Of a DNA stretch of 64,000 bases, positions 52,416 to 64,000 are shown in pieces. The DNA comes from Eledone cirrhosa (Eukaryota). A model generated the notes under the pieces. That model ran no database searches, was not told where the DNA came from, and was given only the letters and a program-made list of their open reading frames with translations. Location of the stretch: contig OZ024743.1 in NCBI GenBank assembly GCA_964016885.1, positions 165,974,001 through 166,038,000 of the forward strand, read 5' to 3'. Both the position numbers and the translations under genes were made by a program. The stretch's first letter is position 1; each line of letters starts with the position of its first letter.

Positions 52416-53180
52416 ATGTATGTATGTATATGTGTGTGTATGTACGTATGCATGTGTATATGCTTACATGCATATGTGCATGCGTATATGTATATATGTA
52501 TGTGTGTATGCATGTATGCATATAAGTATGCATGCAAACATGTATATATGTATGTTTGTATGCATGCATGTATGTATGTCTGTACATATGCATGCATACA
52601 TTATGTATGTATGATTGTATGCATGTATGTATGCATGTATGTATGCATGTATGTATGCATGTATGCATGCATGTATGTATGTCTGTACATATGCATGCAT
52701 ACATTATGTATGTATGATTGTATGCATGTATGTATGCATGTATGTATGCGTGCATGTATGCATGTATGTATGTTTGCATATATGTATGTATGTGGGTATT
52801 ATGGGTGTTTGTTTGTATGTATGTATATATGTATGTGGGTATTGTGTGTGTATGTATGCATGTATATATGTATGCATGTATGTATGTATACATGTATGTA
52901 TGTTTCTAGATATGTATGAATGTATATATGTATACATGTATGTATGCATGTATGCATGTATGTATTATGTTTCTATATATGTATGCATGCATGTATGTAT
53001 GTTTCCCTATATGTATGCATGTATGTATGCATGCATGTATGTATGTATGCATGTATGTATGCATGTATGTATGTATGTTTCTATATATGTATGCATGCAT
53101 ATATGTATGTTTCTCTATATGTATCCATGTATGTATGCATGCATGCATGCATGTATGTATGTATGCATGCATGTATGTAT
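52416..53180. repeat. Degenerate (TATG/CATG)n array
   Basis: Seen directly. Confidence 0.9.
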
Positions 53181-53803
53181 GTCAGGTCACCAGTTGGTGC
53201 TACTGGTAACATGTATCCCAGTACAACCTGTCTCATGGTCGGGTTGTTGGCGACTAAACTGGCAACCCCACCAAGGTTTCTTGGTGAAGAGGGTGACTTT
53301 GGACATCCTGCAGGACTAAAAACAAAACCTGTCAAAGGGCAAAGGACCTCTTAAGAGTCAATGGCCATCCAAAATCACCGGGAGAGATGACCCCTTAGCC
53401 TTTGTCAAGGCAGAATTCTAGGAGAAGGAAAACTCTGATATAACACCTGCAACCCTGATGGTATCCAATGATGTTGACTTGTTTTTCTTTTTGGTAAATA
53501 TCATCTTGGTCAAGAGAGTGGGACTGGCATTGCTTTATATCTGGAGATCTCTCTGCACTTGTCATCACATGGTACCATGGGCCCAGCACTATGTGACAAT
53601 AATTGTCACAAGTGTAGTGTTTGTACCAGAGTTTTCAAGTCGCTGGCTGGACTATAAAGTCACACTTGTTCAGCGCATCGGTAGGGGTTCTCCTACATGG
53701 ATATAAAGTAGTGGCCGTACTCGAAAACGAGTTGGCAGCCACCATGTATGTATGTATGTATGTATGTATGTATGTATGTATGTATGTATGTATGTATGTA
53801 TGT
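53181..53803 (+). mobile_element. Short non-autonomous RTE-related element with (TATG)n tail
   Basis: RTE-like 5'UTR motif CTAGGAGAAGGAAAACTCTGA; 3' end GGCCGTACTCGAAAACGAG..GCAGCCA resembles 57030-57060. Confidence 0.6.
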
Positions 53804-56800
53804 AGGTGTCCTTTTACCATGCCTTGAAAGGTGTTTTAAGAAATATCCCTCAGGCAGACAAAGTCATCGTGCTTGGTGATTTTAATGCTAGAGTGGGTAG
53901 GCATTTTAACACATGGAATGTAATCGGAAGGCATGGGGTGGGAAAGTGTAACAGCAATGGTATGCTCCTGCTGCAGATGTGTTCCAACAAAAGAACAAAT
54001 TCAAGACCACATGGATGCATCCTGCATCTAAGGAATGGCATCTTTTAAACTACGTCCTAGTCAGGATGCGTGACAGACAGGATGTGCGGTGTGTTCGTGT
54101 TCTTCGTGGAGCTGAGTGCTGGACGGACCACCGCCTGGTACGCGCAAATGTGAAACTAATCACTAAACATAAAATCCGGGCTTCTGGTGTTGCTCTGCCC
54201 AAAAGATTGAATGCTGCTCGTCTTAAGGATAAAAATGGGAAGAGGACATTGGAAGAAGAGATGCGGGCTGCAGATCTTGGTGAGGATTGGCCGACCCTTA
54301 AAAAGTCGGTTTATGATGTAGGCAGGCGTGTTCTGGGATTGGCGCAGAGGAAACATCAGGACTGGTTTAATGAGAATGATGTACATATAGAAGACTTGTT
54401 GGCTGATAAGAGGCGTGCTCTGTCACGCTACTTGACGGCAAAACCACAGGAGAGGAATACGTTGCATGAGGAACTCAGGGATGTAAAATCACGTGTTAGG
54501 CGGAGTCTTTCTCAGATGAAGGATCAGTGGTGGAGTGAGAAGGCTGGTGAGATACAAACTGCGTCTGATTCCAATAACACAAAGCTGTTGTACAGTCTCT
54601 TGCGTGAGGTTTATGGACCGTCTTCTTCTCTGGTGACACCGCTTCGCAGCAGGGATGGCAAAGAACTTCTTCGTGACTCACAAGGAATTCTACGAAGGTG
54701 GCGAGAGCACTTTGATGATCTTTTGAATCAGCCGTCTGTCGTCAGTGAAGATTTCCTCAATCTCATTCCAGAAAGTCCTGTGAAAGTAGCTCTCGCAGAA
54801 CCTCCGACGCTTGTGGAGGTTGCAGTGGCTATTTCGAAGCTGAACAGTGGAAGATCTCCAGGTATGGATGGCATACATGCTGAGCTCCTACAATATGGTG
54901 GTGAGAGACTCCTGCAACATCTTCACTCTTTGTTTGGCAGGATATGGGCTAATGAATCCGTACCTGAGGACTGGAGAGATGCAGTAATGGTGGTCTTGTA
55001 CAAGGGAAAGGGTAACAGGAACGATTGTGGGAACTACAGAGGTATATCATTGCTTTCTGTCGTAGGGAAAGTTTTATGTAGGGTGCTTCTGGACCGTCTG
55101 CTGACACACATTGCAGATTGTGTTCTTCCTGAAAGTCAATCTGGTTTTCGTGCTGGACGCGGCACTACTGATATGATCTTCTCAGTTAGACAGCTCCAGG
55201 ACAAGTGCATGGAACAAGGCTTGGATCTGTATCAGGTTTTTGTCGATCTGACAAAAGCTTTCGATACTGTTAACAGAGATGCATTATGGAAGGTTCTCCA
55301 GAAACTTGGTTGCCCTGATAAGTTCCTTGCTTTAGTTAGGTCTTTCCATGACGACATGAAGGCTTGGGTTAATGTCGGGGGTAACATGTCGGAGCCTATC
55401 TCAGTAAAAAATGGAGTGAAACAGGGGGATATTCCAGCACCGACCCTGTTTGCCATATACTTTGCAATGGTTTTCTGTATTGCATTCAGGAATTGCGAGC
55501 ATGGTGTTTACATCCGATATCGAACCTCAGGCAGCATATTTAACATCAGGCGCTTTGCTGCGAAGACAAAAGTATTTACATCAATCATAAGAGACCTCTT
55601 GTATGCAGATGATTGCGATCTTGTAGCGCACACAGAGAGTGATATGCAGCACATTTTGAATGCATTTTCTGACGCTTGCACTGCTCTAGGTCTGACTGTC
55701 AGTCTCAAGAAAACCGTCGTCATGTACCAACCTGCCCCTGGTAAGCAGTACACTGAACCAAACATCTATGTGTATGGCAAACGACTTGGAGTGGTTGATC
55801 AGTTTGTCTACCTGGGAAACACTGTCAATCGATACAGCAACCTTGACCGTGAAATCTCACTTAGGATTAAGAAAGCAAGTGATGCTTTCGGAAAGCTAGA
55901 AAGGCGACTCTGGGGTCAGCGAGACATATGCAGGAGGACAAAGGTAAAGGTGTATAGGCATGTGTGCTCTCTTGTCTTCTTTATTCCTGCGAGACCTGGG
56001 TCACATATCGACACCACCTTAAGCAATTGGAGCGTTTCCATCAGATGTGTCTCAGACGGATCCATGGCGTTCACTGGAGGGACCACATCAGTGATGTCGA
56101 GATTTTGGAAAGCTCTATGTGTGACAGTATAAAAGCTCTTGTGCTTAAACAACGACTCCGTTGGAGTGGTCACCTTGCCAGGATGAAGGATTCTAGAATA
56201 CTAAAACAACTCTTTTATGGAGAGTTGGTTAAAGGAAAACGACCGCCACATAAACCAAAAAAGAGGTATAAGGATTCCTTGAAAGCCTCTCTGAAAGACG
56301 CTAACATCTCTGCTGATACATGGGAGAATATTGCTGCTGATCGTAATAAATGGAGAAAGACTGTATATGAGGGAAAAGTTGCCTTTGAGGCATCTCGAAT
56401 CGCATACGAGAAAGTAAAGCGGGATGTGAGGAAGGGCACTGTTGCACTTCCAGACGGCGAGGGTCCTCCTATGATGCTGACATGCAGCGTATGTGCGAGA
56501 CTCTGCCTAAGCAAAGCTGGACTCGAAAGTCATCTTCGCAGTCATAAAGTAAGACCAGTGGTTGACTACCAGGCTGCTGTTGGAGATGCTACTCATCATG
56601 CTTGCCAAACATGTGGTAGAGAATGTAAATCAGCAGGAGGGCTCAAACGACATGCAAAAGTACACGAACTCCAACCACAGCCGACTATTCCCAGTAAATG
56701 TTTTGGTTGCCGACTCTGTGCAAGACATTTTAGATCATTGGCTGGGCTAAAAAGCCACATTCGATCGCAGCGCTGTTAGTTGCTATCGTGTGTGTGTGTG

Positions 56801-57075
56801 TGTGTAGATATGTTTATGTGTGTGCGTGTGTGTGTATATATATATGTATATGTATATTATTATTGTTGTTGTCGTTATTATTATTGTTGTTATTATTATT
56901 ATTATTATTATTATTGTTATTAATGTATGTGTGTGTGTATATGTGTGTGTGAGTATGTGTGTGTATATATGTATGCATATGTATATATATATTTTTTTTT
57001 TTTTTCTTTTTTTTTTCTCCTCGTGCAATGGCCATACTCGATAACGAGGGGGCAGCCATCATGTATGTATGTATA
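53804..57075 (+). mobile_element. 5'-truncated RTE-clade LINE
   Basis: APE (LGDFNARVG, WTDH), RT (GVKQGD, LYADD), LRWSGH, C-terminal zinc fingers; (TATG)n tail. Confidence 0.92.
53979..56779 (+). pseudogene. RTE ORF split by frameshift (53979-56132, 55964-56779), with three C-terminal C2H2-type fingers
   Basis: CSVC...HLRSH, CQTC...HAKVH, CRLC...HIRSQ. Confidence 0.88.
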
Positions 57076-57675
57076 GCGACATATGATAACAACACGAATC
57101 AATCAATGAAGGATGGTTACCCAGCTAAGTCATTGGTGCAATATATTGATTATCTGGATCGATTCCATCAGTAAGCAGTCACCTGGTGAAACAGGTGTAG
57201 CTGTGCTGTTCATATTTAGTTAATTGACATTCCAACGGAGTCATATATCGGTGAGATCGCTAATGGATAACGAGAAAACTTCTACCTCTTTTTCTGTACT
57301 ATTGCATTCAGTCTATGTGTCCTTAGTGTGTACGTGCGTGTTTGTGTGTGTGTGTATCTATATTGGTACATTGTGTATATCTGTGCTTATGTGAGTTCAG
57401 TCTGTTTGTGTGTGTAAGTGTTCTGTTGCATTGACTCTTTTGTACTTACATCTCTATTCTGTGAATTTGTGTGTGTGCGTGTATGTGGACGTGTGTGTGT
57501 ATGCACCTGTGTATCTGTGTGTTTCACCTATATATCGGTGAGCAGATGTAAATATCGGCGCGAAAAACGTGATTTCGAACAAAAATGTTTGCGCCGCAGA
57601 ATTTGATAATTGTTTCTTTGGTAATCAGAAATGCAACGAATCTATAATTTACACATTGAAAACAGTGTAAATAAT

Positions 57676-57855
57676 GATTTCTACTATAGGCACAAGACCA
57701 GTCAGTAAATTGGGGGAAGGGGAAAATAGATTATATTGATCCTTAGTACTCGTATTTTATCCTGGTACTTTATTTTATCCACCTCCGAATGATGAGAGGC
57801 AAATTTAACTTCGGTGGGATTTGAACTCAGAACCAAAAGAGCCGGAATAAATATT
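57676..57855 (-). mobile_element. Diverged tRNA-derived SINE
   Basis: GGGATTTGAACTCAG, CTGGTACTTTATTTTATC, AGGCACAAG blocks. Confidence 0.7.
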
Positions 57856-58389
57856 GTTAATAATGTTAATAGTTAAACTAGAACAAAGGCCAGAGAAGAA
57901 GCCACCACATGGACGCTCGACATTTTAAATATCCCTCTCTCGAAACTACAACCCTACCATCAGAAGTTGTGTGTGTCTTAAAACCGGCCCGTGTATCCAA
58001 AAGGGCCAGTAGTGTATTTTTAAAGCTCAGGTAAGACAACACTGACTATCAGACTGCTGAGGGCCAGAGATGTGATTTCATTGCTCAGCCAAAGCATATT
58101 CCATTTCGTTAAAAACGTTGGACTATGAGTTCCATGTTTTCGTGAAAATTTTAAGCTGTTTTGTTTGTTGATTGTTTTTTTTTGTTGTTGCTTTTACACA
58201 CACTCTCTCTATATATATATATTGTTATACTTTGACAGGGTCATGCTGCCAATAAAAACACACGCATCTGTTAGTTTTCACTTCAATTTATTATGAATTT
58301 CCGGTTGGTTGGTTTTATTGGCAGCATATCCCTCCCAAAGTATAACAATATCTGTTTCAACACACATTTTCAGATAAGAAATCTTGCAA

Positions 58390-58492
<103 letters not shown>

Positions 58493-58638
58493 AAATAAGA
58501 TTTCGCTTCAAGCATAGTTTTATACAATATGTATAGAAATTTCGTATTTCTAAAGAAATACGGTTTTAGAAAGCCATAGCTATGCAAACACCGGGGGCTA
58601 ACGCCCTCTGTGGTGTCCAGCAGAAGCGAGGGGGACAA

Positions 58639-58680
58639 CCGTCTATGCATTTCAGGCTTGACTGGCCTTCAGCAGGACGG
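58639..58680 (-). ncRNA. Minimal hammerhead motif, family B (A6>C)
   Basis: CCGTC CTGcTGA AGGC cagtcaa GCCT GAAA tgca TA GACGG; unit bracketed by a 27-bp direct repeat (58491/58807). Confidence 0.7.
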
Positions 58681-58833
58681 GCCATTCCACCGCTTGCGAC
58701 TGCTGGACTTAAAAACAGCCGAGAATATATAGTTTTCTCGTCTGTGTAAATGAGGTGATTAATCTCATTTGCATATGAAGCTGCATAAGTTGGCTCAACT
58801 TATAATAGAAATAAGATTTCGCTTCAAGCATAG

Positions 58834-58900
<67 letters not shown>

Positions 58901-58916
58901 AATATATATATATATG

Positions 58917-58985
<69 letters not shown>

Positions 58986-59041
58986 AAATATATATATGTA
59001 TAAATATATATATATAAATATATATTTATATATATATATAT

Positions 59042-59474
<433 letters not shown>

Positions 59475-59524
59475 TTTTAATATAAGGAACTTGTTCTTTG
59501 TGTTATTTCATTGTTTTTATTAAT

Positions 59525-60160
59525 TTATGTATAGATGGTTCTATAGAAATAGTGGACACCTTTCGTTACATGGGTGACAAAATCAGCAGTGGGGGAGGGT
59601 GCTCTGAAAGTACAGTAGCTACAGTCAGAACGGGATGGAAAAAGTTCAGAGAGCTTATACCACTATTGGCCGCTAAAGTTTTCTCTCTAAAAATAAAAGG
59701 CAGACTGTATGATGCCTGCATACGAACAGCAATGTTACATGGCAGTGAGACATGGGCATTGCGTGCAGAGGATCTGCGCTGACTGGAGAGGAACGAAGCT
59801 TGCATGCTCCGCTGGATGTGTAATAGTAATATACGTGAACAGCAAAGCATAAATGAACTAAGTGAGTATTAGGTATAAGAAGGATCAGATGCTGTTTACT
59901 CAAGAGAAGACTACGTTGGTATGGTCACGTGATGCGCATGAAAGACGACAGCTGTATAAAAAAAGTGCAGGGCGATAAAAATAGACGGTAGCCACGGAGT
60001 AGGCAGACCCAGAAAACCTGGGACGACTTGATAAATTCCAACCTTACACACTTACAGCTCTCTAAGACAATGTCACTGGACCGAGATCTTTGGCGCTACA
60101 CAGTAATACATAAGACCCGCCTTGCCTAAGTACAAAGCGAAACCTACAGTCAGTAGGCAC
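59525..60160 (+). mobile_element. RTE-type 3' fragment
   Basis: FRYMGD...GWKKFREL...KGRLYDACIRTAMLHGSETW, RLRWYGHVMR. Confidence 0.8.
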
Positions 60161-60393
60161 CTCTAACAAAAATACACCCACCCATATATACATAAACATA
60201 CATACACATACATACACGTATGTGTATGTATGTATATATACATATACATACACATACATACATTCATATATATACACACACAAATGCACACATACATCCA
60301 TACATACATACACATATATACAGATATATACACACCCACACATACATACATTCATACACACATACTCACACAGACACACACAGATACACACAG

Positions 60394-60479
<86 letters not shown>

Positions 60480-60483
60480 GGGG

Positions 60484-60625
60484 GGCTTTCCTGATGATTT
60501 CTACCGAATGAAATAGTTCTCGTCCTGTAGAAGCCATTTCTATATTAAATATTTATACTCTGCTATGTATTGAGTACCTTACTTACTGTGGTTACCCCCC
60601 GATTGAACCCGTGATAAACATATAT
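60484..60625 (+). mobile_element. Family A pseudo-LTR with hammerhead (60484-60535)
   Basis: CTGATGA tTTCtaccGAAt GAAA tAG...CTG TA GAAGCC plus family A tail. Confidence 0.78.
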
Positions 60626-60627
60626 AT

Positions 60628-62745
60628 ACTCGCAAATGCATACATACAAAGACGTATGCAGGCATACACACACATATATACACACATACAAATACGTTAT
60701 ACATGTAGAAAAGGCAAGTAGACAAAAAGTACTTACATAATCTCAGTAGTGTGGGCGGATCGAAAGAGAGCATGGGTTGAGGGTAAGGGGTGGGTGGGAT
60801 GGAGAGGGAGGGGATATTTTGTCGAGTGACGTTTTTTTTAAAACTATCATTCTAGAGGCAAAACTGGTTTGTAGTATTTATATGTTGCATAGTTTTTGTG
60901 CATGCAGTTTGGGCAGTGTTCAGAGAGTTTATATATTGGCAAATAGTATTTCATAGCTCTCTGAAATACAAAGGTCACAACAATTTTGTCCTCCTATGCA
61001 TGATCGAAGTTAGGTGTAGTGGAGTAGGAGAGTCTTATAGTATTCTTATTAAAGATACTGTAGTACCTATGTTGTGTGGGGAAGTGTTTATTCAGCAATT
61101 TGAAGAAAGTCCTAGCTATTGGTGCAGATACCTCTCGGTTGAAGGGGGTTTGTACCAACTAATTTGCCTATGGCTATTTCTCCTAAGTTGTCTTGGGGTA
61201 TTTTCTAGATAAGTAATCCTTTCTTTAAAGTCACTGTGTGCAAGGGGGGTGTTCGTTGTAATAAGGGGCAGAGGCACTAAAGATGTCTTCCTTGGCTAAG
61301 AGACCGTAAATTCTAAGTGAAACACTTTTAACTAAATTATCTGTAATATTTTTGGAATGGTTCGAACTAACATCTATATTAGAGGATTCGTTAAGTTTGT
61401 GGTACGGGTAATAGAGGGAAATATCAAAATCTAGAGTGAAATCTAAAAAGTTGGCCATAGTCATATTTGATTCTATGGTTATTCTAGATCCGAGATTACG
61501 GAAGAACGAGTTAAGTTTTTTCCGAAACCCATCAGTGGTTCTGGGGTTTACCTTGTGCAAAGCAAAAAGGCCATCATCTCGGTATAATTCTCCGGTTTGG
61601 CCTGTGAAGAGGTTTTTCGTGTGGTCTAGGATGTACCGGCCCACCAGGTCGCTAACTTCAGCTGACTCACTTGCTCGCATACTGTCGTCAAATGTGGTCT
61701 CAGGCTTATTGTTAATCCAATAAAATCCCTCGTGGTGTAAAAAGGTCTTACGGACGTGGAGGATCACATCCTGCTCAGCGTCGGTGATGGGGGTAAAATT
61801 CATGGCAAAAGCAAGTACATCCTTCAGTAGAGGCTTTGAGATAGAAGCGTAGTAGTCTTCTATGTCCAGTTGTAGAAAACGGGTGTTAGGTTTATCAGAC
61901 AATTCTTGGAACCAAGAGATTGCCTCAGAGGTTCTTCTACAGAGTGGGAGGGGTGAGGGTGCACGCAGCGATGGTATTACTCTATCAAGGATAGATAGAA
62001 CCGATGTCCGAACGTGTGGGGTTGATCAGTCTAACCGACGGTTTGTTAAGGAAATTTCCCTTGTGGTCTTTCAGGGTAAAGTGCGGGGTCTTCACCTTTA
62101 AAAGTTCAGTTCGGTCATCTAATTTAAGGGCCTTTGCTATCTCTTTTTCAGCTAAATTGGTCTCAATCAATGCCATCTCGTCCACCTTTGTGTAAGTGGT
62201 CGTGATTGTATTTTTTGACAGATTCTAATAGGTCGCTAAGTCCACCTCATATACGTTTTTGGTTTTATGAGAGGGGACATTGAGACTGGGGGGAACTTTT
62301 CATTTTCCGCATTTCGTCTTTTAAATAGGCCTGGAATGGTGTGTTGGCTCTACGAAAATGTGTCTCTGATCACTTTGAAGAGGTCTTCCTTAAATGGTTC
62401 AAGTAGGCTGTTGGTAGGCGGTGCCTTATTCGTTTTGAAACCGAACTTCTCATCATTGGTAGATGCTACATCAGAGTGATCGAAGGCTCTTCATCTAATA
62501 CGTTTAATTAACTCGTCTGTACGTCTGATGAGTGTTTTTAACTATTGTTTCCTTGGGGGTATCGGGATATTCTTCATGGAGATATCGATATCGAGTTTGG
62601 TCAGCATGGTTTCTTGGTGATGGTTAAGAAGGGCACACTAATGTGCTAAAAGATATGTTTATCCTGGGTTCAATCGGAGGTAACCACAGTAAGTAAGGTA
62701 CTCAATACATAGCAGAGCATAAATATTTAATATAAAAATGGCTCT
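60628..62745 (-). mobile_element. Degenerate Penelope-like element, family A (5' pseudo-LTR part, RT, internally deleted endonuclease)
   Basis: ATG near 62588, SMKNIPIP, KDHK...RLINP, LDIEDYY, LYRDDG, SNH; 62654-62745 matches the family A tail. Confidence 0.85.
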
Positions 62746-62790
62746 GCTAAAAGATGGTAAGGTCTGCAAAAATGGTCAGGTGTCTACAAT

Positions 62791-62851
<61 letters not shown>

Positions 62852-62969
62852 GTTGATCTCCGAATTTCAGAAAGCAACTACGTAGCAGGATAACGGGATG
62901 ATTGCGCCGTATAACATTGCGTCGCAAAGGCTTGTAAGTTCCACCTTATAGGAGAAACTTTACTTCGAC

Positions 62970-63010
62970 CTGTTAGTGAAGACGTACTTTCGACTGAAAT
63001 GCATAAACAG
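62970..63010 (+). ncRNA. Degenerate minimal hammerhead motif
   Basis: CTGTT a gTGAAGA c GT...AC t GAAA tgca TA AACAG. Confidence 0.45.
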
Positions 63011-63099
63011 CCTGACACGATTATCAAGACATTTCCACTTTTTTTTTGTGTGAAATGAATTTATAGCTGCTTGATGAACTCTATAGATGAACGCACCCA

Positions 63100-64000
63100 C
63101 AGGGATATGGTCTGAACGTGGACGAGCCGAATTCCCACTGTCATCGCCTCCATCTCTCTTGCCCTCCCCATCTCTCTGTATGGTGAGCAAATGGACACCA
63201 GAAGTCTCCACTGCCAAGGGCACGATCACAAACCTGTCGGAGAGCGACCGGTACTTGGAGAGTTTGGCCTCCTCAGCTCGATGTACAGAAGAATTTGGGT
63301 TTGTCGCAGACTGCACCAGGTTGCGGCTGGAGACAGTGTCGGTTCAAGTGGCATCCCAGACGAGTGATTTGCCACCGCGGAACGGGAAGATGGTCATACC
63401 GTCTGACCTTTTGCCATCCCCTCGGTCCAGCCCCACCGGCTCGAACTGGGAGGGGAACCCTGCAGCATCTAAGCCATGCTTTATGACCTCGTTGAGGGCA
63501 GTATGGCGTGGAAGGCGGCCGGCACTGTGACGACAGGAAAGCGGGTGGAGGCCGAAAGAGTCCACGGTGGATCCACAGCGACATTTATGTGGATCGCAGA
63601 TCCGGAAGCAAAGACTCAGGGAAACGCCCATTCTCAGGCTATCGTTATCCACCTGCGTGCCAGTGGAGAAGGAGGGCAAGGCATGGAGCCAGGCACTACT
63701 GTGAGGTTTGGATCCCGCGCAAAAACAGGCAGGGCGGTGCTGGTCGAGCTGGCGCGTGAGCCTGTCTGAGGCCAGGCTGCACTGGATGGCATCCCAAATA
63801 CTTTGGGGGAATTGACGTCAGCAGAAGGAGAAGGAGGAGGGACGTCTACTGGTCTAAGTCCCTCCCAGTCGGTCCCACGTCTCACAAACGGCCTCACGTT
63901 TCCCAATCACAGAGGGTTCCATTGTGTTTTGGAGAACCATGCTGACGAGGACGCGACATGAGGTTACCGACGAAAGAAACGCCAGCAAAGCCAGCGATAT
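63100..64000 (-). mobile_element. CRE-type RLE retrotransposon, degenerate C-terminal region
   Basis: CRCG...HPLSC, RHTALN, KRSDG, LVWDAT, EEAKLSKY, PLAVETSG. Confidence 0.8.

Noticed and set aside
53181-53310. HDV-like or twister ribozyme at the RTE-type 5' end
   Set aside because: A possible P2 pairing (CCAGTT/AACTGG) exists, but I could not build consistent P1/P3 elements by eye.
56470-56779. Host C2H2 zinc-finger gene
   Set aside because: Fingers are in frame with the RTE C-terminus and lack TGEKP linkers.

Overview
AT-rich, microsatellite-dense animal DNA, most likely an octopus/cephalopod genome (inferred from SINE type and repeat content). No host gene is recognisable; the window is almost entirely retroelements. 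1-21 kb: two L1/Tx1-type 5' ends (- strand), three head-to-tail R4/Dong-type RLE retrotransposons separated by (TAA)n, and a degenerate L1/Tx1 ORF2. 21-64 kb: Penelope-like elements (PLEs) and fragments, tRNA-derived SINEs, RTE, CR1, CRE and R4 remnants, and small DNA-transposon/Helitron pieces. The most striking signal is about a dozen unrelated short sequence families carrying type I hammerhead ribozyme motifs, many arranged as fold-back units in (TA)n tracts. These include a 467-nt ribozyme-bounded repeat, a structured non-coding body, and recurrent non-canonical cores. All folds and alignments were done by eye and boundaries are approximate.
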